A DNA stretch of 64,000 nucleotides from assembly GCA_964270895.1 (NCBI GenBank), contig OZ185435.1; one strand, 5' to 3'. The position numbers and the translations under genes are program-made. Numbering within the stretch: position 1 is the first letter of the stretch; each line of letters starts with the position of its first letter. Under the pieces are notes generated by a model. The model was not told the DNA's origin and made no database searches. It saw only the letters and a program-made list of their open reading frames with translations. Positions 1 through 10,966 of the stretch are shown here, piece after piece. The DNA comes from Podarcis filfolensis. Its lineage: Eukaryota.

Positions 1-190
1 ATGCATGCCAGTGGCTTCTCATAACTCATACACATAACACTAAATTATGGTTTAATGTTATTTCCAAACTGGCCCTATTTTTTTCCTTATCATTTGTTCA
101 TGTTCAGAAATGCAGGCAATCCCTTCTGATATAATATTATCTCCCAAGTCCTATTTTTAAAATAGGACTTTTAAAATAATACCACACACA

Positions 191-197
<7 letters not shown>

Positions 198-265
<68 letters not shown>
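198..265 (+). repeat. Compound (TC)n(CA)n microsatellite
   Basis: Read directly from the sequence. Confidence 0.97.
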
Positions 266-267
<2 letters not shown>

Positions 268-559
268 TCAGTTACGTACAGAGCTTCTCTTTATGCCTTC
301 ACATAGCATTCAACCACCATTTCTCATTAGAATTTTCCAATTGCACAGTGTGGTCTATATATTTTACCCTTTTTTTCCTTTTTTCTTTTCAAAGCAACCC
401 TCCCTCCACATATTTTGCAGTGTTTTGCCTAGGGCAACCCAAACTGACCTGTAACCCTGTAACCCAGCAAACAGACAATAAACCCCAGATAGATACATTA
501 AAACCAAAAGGACAGAAATACATTAAAAACATCCCACCCACTTCTAAAAGGCCATAGAT

Positions 560-700
560 AGTTAAAGAACAGCAGCCTGGTTACAGAGAAAAGATTTTGT
601 CTGGCGCCTAAAGTGAGCTTCCCTGGGGAGAGCATTCCACAAATGGGGAGCCACCACAGAAAATGCCTGCAGCCTGATTATAGCGCTATATAGGACAAGC
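560..700 (-). mobile_element. L2 LINE 3' fragment
   Basis: Translates as QAFSVVAPHLWNALPRE, an L2 ORF2 C-terminal motif. Boundaries approximate. Confidence 0.7.
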
Positions 701-3136
701 ACACCAAGATGGATTTCCCCTATTGCAAACATTGCACAGGACCATGACATGTGACCAATCTGTCATGGTCCTGTGCAATGTTTGCAATAGGGGAAATCCA
801 TCTTGGTGTGCTTGTCCCTCTCTAATAAGGGAAGCCACAACTGAAATCCTATAAATTAGTTCACCAGTGTTCAACAATCAGGAGGCAGGTTTGATATAAA
901 TGTGAGATAGGCCATGGCCACACATGTTGAAGCCTGGAGGAGATGTAGGTGTGCCTGAAGTGGTGTGTTGTCTAGTCTGTTTGGCTGTATGTTGCAGTCA
1001 CAGAAGCAGTTTTGGTTCTGGATATCCTTTTATTAGTTAAGGATCCACAGTGTATCAAATTAAACTGTAACACCCTTTCATGAGGGCAGTCTCATATTAG
1101 GCTACAGGTCTGCATACCCATGGTAGTCCCTGCAATGTACAAAACAGAACTTCTGCTTTTTGTTGTTTATCTTGAGTAGATGTTGTGGTGACCTGTGGTA
1201 CACACAGTCTACAACTGCAGCCCTTTGCAGATATGTATCTGCAAGTTTCATTGATGCATGAAACTCTCTGCTAACTTGGGAGCAAAATCAACTTCTTTAC
1301 TGTGGATGAGCTGTTCTTTGTTACATATTGCCTTGAATGACTGCAGGTGACTGAAGCAATGGTTAGAGAGGTAGCAAAAATACATATAAAAAAGATACAC
1401 TTGGTATCAATTGAATTTTCTCTCCATGCCAAATAGGAATTTAAAAGAGAAGCAGAATACTTTTCATTGTGACTGCTTGGAGAGTCCCCATCAGCTGCTG
1501 TTCACAATAAAAAGGGAAAAAGACAAGTGCAACACCAAACTAGACAGTTAATGTCACATGTAGTTTGGTGCATAGAAGGAGAAGAGGTAGGACACTAGGC
1601 CTGAGAAACTAGGCAAATATTGAAGGACACTGAGTTGCTTTCATCTTCCTTTTCTTATGCATATAGGAACTCTGAAGCTCTAATGTTCAAAATTTGCCAA
1701 CAATGGCGGCAGTGGGGGCAGGATTGCTCTTGCTGCCATTGATTTTAACTCTTGTTAACTATTGAGAATTAGCGTTTTATATCTTGCTTTACATGACTGA
1801 TATTGAAACCTTTGCTGCTCCTAGCCTTACAAGTAACATGCTGCCTGTATTTAGCTATACCCTTTAATATTTGGAGCACCACATATTGTTAGGGCTTTGT
1901 GAATAATGTGTTTGTGTTTGGTGTTGGTGTTGCGATTCTGCAGCAATATTTATTTATATATTTATTTCCCTCTGGCATCTGGGTGTATCCCTTCCTTGTC
2001 CATGCTGATGTGGCTGTATTGTACTTATTTTGTGCAATTTGTAATCTTCTAGTTTCCCCTTCCACCAAGCCTTTGTCCTGTGCTTCCTTGCATGTTATTA
2101 CTATTAGGGGCATGCCTTGAAAAACCGCTGCAGTAGAACTCCATTCCTTGTACTAACATAGCCCCATTATGTTGGATCCCATATGATTATGCCACTCATT
2201 TTCTTTACTTTTTAAAGTAAAGACATTGTTTTTACTTTTTAATAGAATCATTATATTTTTATTGAAGCATATTTTCCTCAATATAAGCTCAAAAGTACTA
2301 TTAATTTTCATTCATCTCTAGTGACCTTTCAACAAAGCTTTTTCGAAGACCAAACTATAATTAAAAGGGAAATAATTTCTTCATTACAAAATGATACTTT
2401 AAAATAACATTTATGCACCACAAGATATGTAGCCTACTTTTCTTCTCAGCTGATTAAACCTCATCCAGTGATCTATAAAATATATTCAAGTTTGTAAATT
2501 CAGCAAGGGAAATAGCAAATAAAATATCTAGTAGCTTGTTTTGTGTCACATTTGCAGTAAACAAAATGCATCAAGAGGAAAATCATGAAGAGTTAATTTT
2601 ACTGGTACAAAGGCTAAATAAAATTCTGTAACAATATCACAACATTATGAAAGACACACACACACACACACACACCCCGCTGCCACAAAAATACCCTATC
2701 ACAAATGTGCTTAGAGGGGAAATAAACTACAGCATGCCAAGTTGCTGCTCTGCAGTGATTTTGGTAGTAAAACTTCCTGTTTAGTTACAAGGACTACCCT
2801 GGTTATTTGGAAATGTGACGCAATCCTGTTGGGTTTTAAAAACTACCTACCTATTCTATTTTATTTTAAGTTCAGATATACACTTTATATTGCCATATAG
2901 TTCAGACATTTTAGCACTGTCTCATCATTGGTTTTTGTGTGTGTGTGTGTGTTTAGTGGGGGGGGGGTGCTTAAACAATAAAATGTTGAAAGCAAATGGG
3001 AGGAAAAGCAGCACATTTCATCAGATGTGACCAAAAACAGACAAAAAGACCTCCCAACCTACTTTCATATGTAGGGAATTTTGCCTACCCTCCTTCCTTA
3101 AAATTACCTAATTCGTCTTTCTTTCTACTGTTGCAG

Positions 3137-3315
3137 GCTGTCCATACAGGCATGAGGGCTTATATCTATAACAAGAGTTCTGTTATTGGCTCTCAGGCAG
3201 AGCATTCAGGGATGCGCACGTACTACTTTAGTGCAGATACTCAAGAAGATATGAATGGTTGGATCCGTGCTATGAATCAAGCTGCTCTTATGCAAACACG
3301 TTCATCACCAAAGAG
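3137..3315 (+). CDS. PLEKHA7: PLEKHA7 exon, C-terminal part of PH domain (AVHTGMRAYIYNK...QTRSSPKR)
   Basis: ttgcag acceptor. Ends AG|gcaagt, a GC donor in phase 2. Confidence 0.93.
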
Positions 3316-3610
3316 GCAAGTTCAGGGATCGTTTGTATTTAGATTTCCATTGTTTGTGTCTCAGATATCAATGCAATGTTTAAAAGTACATTTTGCATTT
3401 AAAAATATATTCGTATATTAAATCTGAATGACATCTGCATAAATGACGTATCAGCCTTTAGGCGATGGGACAAAACTAAGAGCTCTGAGGCATCACTTAG
3501 CATTACAGAAGTTTGCTAAGCATTAAGTCTGTACAAAGAGAACTTACTAAAGGTACAGTGTCAACAAATAAAGTGTTGACTTTTAGTGCACATATTTTTT
3601 TTCCCCTTAG

Positions 3611-4087
3611 AGAAACAGGAAATCCAGATCAGCAAGCTGTTCCTCAAGCTAATCATGTGGATGCCTGCAAACAATGTGGAAAGTTAGATTCTGCTGATGC
3701 AAAAGGATGTTATAGAAAATCTCCTGAAACCTCTGCATATGATAAGCATGAAGAGATGAGAAAAGCAATAGAAGATGAGCATTATGCTGTCAGGAAGAAC
3801 ATGGTGGAATCAAAAAGGGAGAAATCTAAACATCCATTGATATCGGAAGTTGGCACATTGAATACAGAGTCAAGTCTGTCTCGGTCCCAGAGAGCTCAGC
3901 CTGTTGAGAAGAATGGAACACTTTCCAATTCGTTAAATACAAGTCCAGGCCTAGTGGAGCAGAATGGTATCGGTTTATATAAACAAGGATTTGTTTCCAG
4001 ACCAGCTCAAAAAAAGCAGACACAGAGGAAAAACAATATGGCTCACATAGAGCATTGGGTAAAAGTCCAAAAAGGAGACCCCAAAAG
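3611..4087 (+). CDS. PLEKHA7: PLEKHA7 exon (ETGNPDQQAVPQANH...EHWVKVQKGDPK)
   Basis: ttccccttag acceptor and gttagt donor; 477 nt, phase 2 to 2. Lies inside ORF 3513-4139. Confidence 0.93.
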
Positions 4088-5877
4088 GTTAGTAATAAGC
4101 TTAGATGGTCTGTTTTATTGCTTTAAAGTGGGTTGCTAGGACCTTAGCAAGGGAGGGCTGCAAGACGCTGTCAATTTTAGTGGCAGCAAAACTTATACAC
4201 CTGGCTCTGTGCCCTGATAGGGATGCAAATTTCCCATCCTTAGTCATCAGATTGATCATTTGATGAGAAGGGAAGGGTAATAGCCCCTCCTCCTTACCTG
4301 ATCTGCATGGATCAACTAAGGAAGGAGGTGTGTGTGTGTGTGTGTTTGTGTTTGCATGCATGAATCTGTGGCTGGGTATGTCCTGTGTGCATGTATGTGA
4401 GAGGCTTGGGTGGCCACATCCAACCTTTGCATGTGACTTCCTGGAGGCTTGGCCAAGAGTGAATGTGGCACTTGGACCAAAAACTGTTAGCCACCTCTGC
4501 TTTAAACTAACGTGTGATACTCACCCACCTCTGGCATGCTAGAGATCATTAGGAAATGGATTGAATTAAAAAATACCAACATCATAATGCCATTACACAA
4601 ATCTGTGGTGTGACTGCACTTGGAATGGCTTCAAACTTCTGTCCAGAAGCCTTCACATATTTGCAAATTTGTGCTAAGCCAAGGTTTCACTTGGTGTGAG
4701 GTGCAAAACCAGACCAGTGAAGACTGCTTATAGGCTATTATATACTTCTTGTATATTAGGTCATTCCCCTTTACATAATGCTACAAAAACTAGTGTTGCT
4801 TCTTTCTTATTCTGCCAGCTATTCTTTATCGTCAAGATAAAATACTCTCACAAATAGACCAAACTTTCAGTATCACACCATATGCATTAGAGTGTTGTTG
4901 TTTTTTGCCAAAATCCAGCTTACTCATTTGAATTTCCCTTAGCATTTCATGTAGTATAGTAATTAATCTACATTGTTCATTTTCTTTTTTCTTGGTTACA
5001 AAATGCTGTTTCTGTGCAGCCATGCTTCATGACAGATCTTTGTGTATTAGAATAATGAATCCACAATAGTGATAATTGATTAGCACTTTGGGCTAAGATA
5101 AAAAGCATGATAACTGTTTGAGATACCAGGAAGATTTGCTGATTAGCTTGAACATTGCAACTGCATCCCAGCATTGTGGTCTAAATTACTATATTACTAT
5201 CATTCAAAAATATTGAGAACAATGCACATCATAAGAGGCCTGATTTTGCAGACTCTGTGTATAGTGAAGCATCTGGTTTTTATTTCCTTACATAATCTCC
5301 ATGTGTCATTTGAAAAGCTGCTTTTGAGATAGGTGAGATTTTAGACCAAAGGTGAGAGCCTGTGCAAAGCAATTTATATATTGGAGATTAGTAGCATATC
5401 ATTGTGTAAGCTAAAACTGATTTTCTTATTCCACTGACTCTTAAAGGGGAGGATACCCTGTAAAGGCTGGGTAGGGTAAAGTCAAAAGCCCCACCACACT
5501 AGGGCCTTTGCTTAAATGTGCCTTTGGTCCTCAACAAAATAAACTTTCATTTGTGATACATGGTATATATTGGTTTGGTTGAAGCTTAATATTTTAAAAG
5601 CAGAAAGCAGCAGTGCCTATTGTGTACAATAAGGAACCGTGGAATTTTTCTTTTGTTTTCAGATCAGAAGCAGCTCACCCAGTGGGACAGAGCTGCAATG
5701 CTAGATCCCTGGCAGTAGCATCACTACTGCTTACATGTAGGGAGAGGCTGGGTCTGTGTGAGCACACCAGCAGGTTCTATGTTGACTCCACCCTTGCAAC
5801 CTTAGCCCCCCTGCTACATCAATTCTCTCCATTCTGGAAAGCAGCCACATCCCCATTGTTGGGAAGTTTTGTTTCAT

Positions 5878-5879
<2 letters not shown>

Positions 5880-5920
<41 letters not shown>

Positions 5921-5930
5921 TAATAATAAT
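5880..5930 (+). repeat. (AAT)n microsatellite with one GAT interruption
   Basis: Read directly from the sequence. Confidence 0.97.
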
Positions 5931-6559
5931 ACTTTTCAACACAGCAAAATAGAGATGTCAGCAGTGCTACCTGTCCCACCAGTTAAGCCTCTTGTCTTTA
6001 AGCCTCTTGTCTTTATTAGTAGAACAGAATTCCAAAAATTGCTTGAAAAACATTTGGGGAGGGTTGTTGGGGGGCATTGTGTGTGTTTGTGAGTGAACCA
6101 GTGGTGTTGCCAGCTGTCCCTTTTTTGTATTGGTGCTGCCCTCTGGACAGTTTAAGAACTATATAGCATTATTATATAAAGGACTATATACAAAAGGCGT
6201 TAAAGCTCACATTTCTCTCTCTCGCCTTGGTTTGTCATGTAAGTTGTGTTTTAGTATTGTGTTGCTGTTTTTAAAATTATACTAGCAGACACAAAAATGG
6301 AAATTAAATGGATTGAATAAAAAAAACTGCACAGAAGGGAAATAGTCGAATATTGTGCTCCGCAAATTCTTGGACAAGAGTTAGCACAGTAGTTCACATG
6401 TGTTATAGTAGGTTCTGTAGCATGCTTCTGCTTGTACAACCTCTTGCACAAGGAAAAGAATCATGTCAAGTTTCACTTTTCCTATGCAATACTTTCAATA
6501 CTCTCAAGCTAAGGGGATATCTGTCCTCCGCTGAACGGAAGACAGCTTTTGCATCTGAT

Positions 6560-6722
6560 CAGTGGCGTAGCGTGGGTTGTCAGCACCCGGGGCAAGGCAA
6601 GTAATTTGCACCCCCTAACCCGTGGATTTGCACCCCCTAACCCGTGGATTTGCGCCCCCTAACCCCCAGATGTTGCGCCCGGTGCGGCCGGCCCCCCCTG
6701 CACCCCCCACGCTACGCCACTG
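6560..6722. mobile_element. hAT-type MITE, 163 bp
   Basis: Perfect 17-bp TIR CAGTGGCGTAGCGTGGG, perfect 8-bp TSD CATCTGAT, and an internal 22-bp unit repeated about three times. Confidence 0.92.
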
Positions 6723-7199
6723 CATCTGATAGCACATGTTTGAATTCAACCAAATGTGTGCTTATTCCCAGCTATTTTATAGCAAACCTCTCAATGTCAA
6801 GAAGTAAACTGTTCAATCTCTCTACCAATAAATAGCTGGGACTAACAGCATTCTCTCTATAACCAGAAAGATGAAATGGCAGAACAGAGTTCATTCAAAG
6901 TATTCATGGAAAGGAATATAGTGAGGAAAGAAGCTTGCAAAACTAGAGCTTTTTCACTGACCATCATACATAAAAGTGACCGTGAATTTCATGTTATACA
7001 GGCTGGAAAATCGTGAAGGGGGAAAAGGAGTGCCTTAAAGTCCGGTTAAAATGTACAGAGAAATTTGTGCAAAGTTCAAGGAGGAGCTTATTTGTTTTCT
7101 GTCAGCTATTCATTCCTCTGTCAGGACTCTGGTCTCACAGTCTTGGAGCCTATTGAAAAAGGATAGCAGCAGTGTGACATTATCTTTTATGATTCCGAC

Positions 7200-7550
7200 T
7201 AAACATCAGAAATAACTTTCTGATGATGTGGGCAGTTCAACAGTGGAACAGACTCCCTTGGAAGGTGGTGGACTCACCCTCATGGGAGCTTTTAAGCAGA
7301 AGTTGGATGGACGTCCGTCATGGATGCTTTAGTTGATATTGCTGCATTGCAGGGGGTTGGACTAATTCATTCATTCATTCATTCATTAAATTTGCATACC
7401 ACCCTTCACCCTTAGCTCTCAAGGTGGTTCACAGCAAGAGAATACAGGATCAAAATACAAAATACATAATAAAAACAAAAACAAAACAAGTCAATAACCC
7501 CCTTCCCCTTCCCCTCTCAGAGTCTCTTCCAGCTCTACAATTATATGGTC
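7200..7550 (+). mobile_element. CR1 LINE 3' end, interrupted by an (ATTC)n-tailed insert
   Basis: cagtggaacagactcc...aagcagaagttggatgg...gggggttggacta, then ...cttccagctctacaatt, as in typical CR1 3' ends. Boundaries approximate. Confidence 0.7.
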
Positions 7551-8451
7551 CTTTGTCTTCCATCCATTTAGTTCTAACACTTAACTGATGGGCACCCTTC
7601 ACAGCATGAGCATGATGAGCTTATGCTACCCAATAGCTACTTGGTTGATGCAGTCCAAGTGTTTCCGGTCCTTGCTTGTTTTCTTCCAAGAAAAAAGTGA
7701 GAATGATTTTTAATGTTAGCTTGGCAAAAGGCCCAGTAAAGTCATTTGATGCATTAAATCAATAGCTCCTTAATTGTGCAACAGATGAGACTACTTATGT
7801 GACATGATGGTTTCCTGTTAAATTGGCTGCTCAGGCTTTAAGCTACTTTTGTCATGAAGCATAATTAATCTTGTCATGAAGCCAGGTAGTCAAGTGATGT
7901 AGAACCTTGGGAGAATCTGCTTGTTTTTTTGCTGAGAATATTATTTTACAAATAACTCACTGAGGATAGAGACATTTTTAGCAAATGACAATGTATCAGA
8001 AGCGTCCTTTCTGTTTCCACAAAATGCATGTATGTTTACTGAACATATCCTGTTGCAAGCTTCCTTTTTTCAACTGCAGGTGATTGTTTTCTTTGGGATA
8101 AAGCAGGGGTTTCCAGCCTACGGTCCATGGACCACAAGTTGTCTGCAAGCTGCATTCAAGTGGCTGTGGCATGTCCACGTTAAATAATGATATTTATTTT
8201 AATTGTGTTTTTATCGCTTCTTTCATTCTTTTATTTATTTTCTGACAATTTGAATTATTTGGAATACAAATCGTAATGCAATAGAATACAATAAATAAAA
8301 TAATTCATGCAAATACAATTACAAATAATACAGCATCTAGCACATCACATTTGCTGCAACAGACAGAAAATCATTAAGTGCTCTGCCAAGACAGTCAGCA
8401 AGTGGTGGTGGGAACCCTTAGGATAAACAAATAACATTTTGTTTAATAGCA

Positions 8452-8469
8452 TGCTCCACCTAGTGGTCA
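8452..8469 (-). promoter_or_regulatory. Candidate CTCF site
   Basis: Minus strand reads TGACCACTAGGTGGAGCA, against the core consensus CCASYAGRKGGC. Confidence 0.5.
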
Positions 8470-8839
8470 ACGTGTTGCTAAGGAAACTGTCTCATGTTTG
8501 AGACAGACAGTTTTTAAGAAGAGCTGAGTAACTTGCTTCACATGGTGCAAGCACACTTTTTAAAATCCAAATTTTGCCTGCAGATTTTGCAGGGTTTTGA
8601 ACATGATAAAACAGAGGCAAAAGAAGCCTGAGTAAATACACCATGAAAGGGCATCACTCTTTCAAATGGCTGTCAACTCTGAAAAAACTGTTAAAGGCTA
8701 TTGTGGCCTATGAGATTCTATACATACTTGTTTGCTTCAATTAAATGAAGGAATTATAAAGTTGGATTTTATGAAACCTTGACTTTAATAATAACTGCAT
8801 TCTCATTTAATACTTAATGAAACAATTTTTCTCAAACAG

Positions 8840-9362
8840 TCTTTCATCTGATCAGTCCCTTATTCGCCAAGTGCCCAGTCATTCCATATCTTTTCCTGAG
8901 AATTATCATACCTTGCCAAAGAATACCAGGCAGCCTTCAGGAAGTTCACCACCCTCAAATCGCAATCTGCCAAGTGACTACAAGTATGCTCAAGACCGGG
9001 TTAGCCACTTGAAGATGTCCCATGATGAGAGACGAGCTAACAAAGATGGTACTGTGTGGCAGCTGTATGAGTGGCAACAGAGACAGCAGTTTAAGCATGG
9101 CAGTCCCACAGCACCTATTTATATTGGTTCTCCAGACTTTACAGACCGTGGTAAGGGAAGAAGTTCATTAGATGTTCCACGTTCAGTTTCTGTTCCCCCA
9201 TCTCCTTCTGATATACCACCACCTGGGCCCCCTAAAATTTTTCCACCTCGAAGACCACATACTCCTGCAGAAAGGGTTACTGTCAAACCATCTGATGAGA
9301 GACCAATGATAGATGTTCCTTTTGCTGGATCACCCATGAAGATTCGAAGTCAAACTATAAAA
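8840..9362 (+). CDS. PLEKHA7: PLEKHA7 exon (SLSSDQ...FPENYHTLPK...VWQLYEWQQRQQF...PPRRPHTPAERVTVK...SQTIK)
   Basis: ctcaaacag acceptor and gtgagt donor; phase 2 to 0. Lies inside ORF 8817-9380. Confidence 0.96.
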
Positions 9363-9663
9363 GTGAGTAAATTTTGCTGATATATTTTTCAGACTTTACT
9401 AAGGAGGTGTAATAGAATTACCCTGCAACGTTTCTAAGTGCTAACCTTTAGATTATTTGATCAATGTTCACTGTCAATATTCTTACATTATCCACTGAAA
9501 CTTGTATTTTCAAAGCCAGGATTTATGTTCTCAGTGCTTGGCCAGTTGCAGGTTGAGCAAAATTTGTTTCAAAAAGACACATGATGCCCTGGCCAGGTGA
9601 AGTGATTGAGATGCAGACTTTGTCATATATTCATATATATATATATAATGTATGGAATGTATG

Positions 9664-9722
9664 AAACATGTTTATAGTCATGTGATGATGTTTGGAAGCA
9701 TCACATGACTATAAACATGTTA
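9664..9722. repeat. Perfect 24-bp inverted repeat with an 11-nt loop
   Basis: aaacatgtttatagtcatgtgatg / catcacatgactataaacatgttt. Confidence 0.95.
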
Positions 9723-10374
9723 ACTCTACATTTACTGAGTCAGTGACTCTGTGTAAATTTATTTGGTTGGATTCAGGAGGCCAAGGCACTTAGTGCCCAC
9801 TGAAATCAGTAGGAACTAAATTAATCATGGGTAACTTCATATTGGTTTCAGTGCAACCTAAGTCCAACTAAATTAGTCTGGTTCTAACCCTTTGAGTTAA
9901 AAAGGTTATATTTTTCTGTATAAAAAATCATGAGAAAAATATCTTTTGGAGGTAAAGCAATATAAATATGACACTGTAGCCTTTATACTGAGTGACCCAG
10001 AGACTGGTAAGTCACCACAGGCACAAAGATTCATTCCCTGGCTCCAGGAGATACCATCCTATATATCTCTTGGAAGTCTGTCCATTGTGCCCACTTAGGT
10101 GACCCTGTTTGTTGCTCTTTTTATGCCCTTTAACTAAACCCTGCTTCATGCATTATTCACATGACAGCAGGGGAGGGCTTACATAACTATAGCATAGAAA
10201 GCTGCCTTATTTCGAGTCAGATTATTTGTTCATCTAGCTCAGTACTGGCTGCATCAAATGGCAATTTAAGTCAATCCACCTTGATGCAAGGATGGGGCGT
10301 GTGAATTTGAAGGGTTTAAGAAAAGAAAATTCCATTTTAAATTACTCTTTAATACTGCCTTTCCATTTATACAG

Positions 10375-10461
10375 AACTCAGCACACGTAGATAGGCGTTC
10401 CATGCCTACAATGGGATATATGACCCATACTGTAAGTGCTCCAAGTTTGCATGGGAAATCG
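10375..10461 (+). CDS. PLEKHA7: PLEKHA7 exon (NSAHVDRRSMPTMGYMTHTVSAPSLHGKS)
   Basis: tttatacag acceptor and gtacgt donor; 87 nt. Near-identical to the recalled human peptide. Confidence 0.95.
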
Positions 10462-10846
10462 GTACGTATAAGCATTTCTAGTTTCCTTCCCCTTCTATGT
10501 ACCAGCTGAATTTACTAGAACTTCTAAGGATGTCTGAGTCCAAAACACTCTTTATTGATTTTTCATGTCTTGTTAACGGAATCAAGTAACTTGAACTTCC
10601 TGGCTCTAAATGTGGCCTACGTTCAACTGCCATTGAAGTCATTATAAGCGGAACTGTTCATGGAATTTGCTTTTGTGTTTTCTGACATTAAAGTACAATA
10701 TTCCAATCAAAGACAAAAATACAAACTGGTTGCTTAACTGTGTCAAATATACATTTTCTGGGCACCTTAGGTGAAGAATTATAGCTACAGTGACTCTCCC
10801 TGAAAACTGCTAATTTCCTCTTTACAATGTGTCCAAATACCTACAG

Positions 10847-10966
10847 CCTGAAGAGCTAACATTGCTTCTCATTCGATTAAGGAGACATCAGGCTAAGTTG
10901 GCTAGTATACGAAATTACACAATCGCCCAATTACTACAGCACTTGCCAACTAATTCCTCTTACCAG
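10847..10966 (+). CDS. PLEKHA7: PLEKHA7 probable cassette exon (PEELTLLLIRLRRHQAKLASIRNYTIAQLLQHLPTNSSYQ)
   Basis: ctacag acceptor and gtcagc donor; 120 nt, phase 0 to 0, no stop. Resembles the recalled PEELTLLLIKLRR motif of paralog PLEKHA5. Confidence 0.85.

Noticed and set aside
1-3136. Preceding PLEKHA7 PH-domain exon (DSREE...YSFK)
   Set aside because: No matching sequence was found; the window begins inside the intron.
5983-6015. 15-bp tandem duplication ttaagcctcttgtct
   Set aside because: Two copies only; ordinary slippage.
5613-6092. 159-aa ORF with a poly-Asn tract
   Set aside because: The poly-Asn is a translated (AAT)n microsatellite; the ORF is intronic and stop-poor by chance.
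6130-6150. Third CTCF-like motif (gctgccctctggac)
   Set aside because: Only a half-site match.
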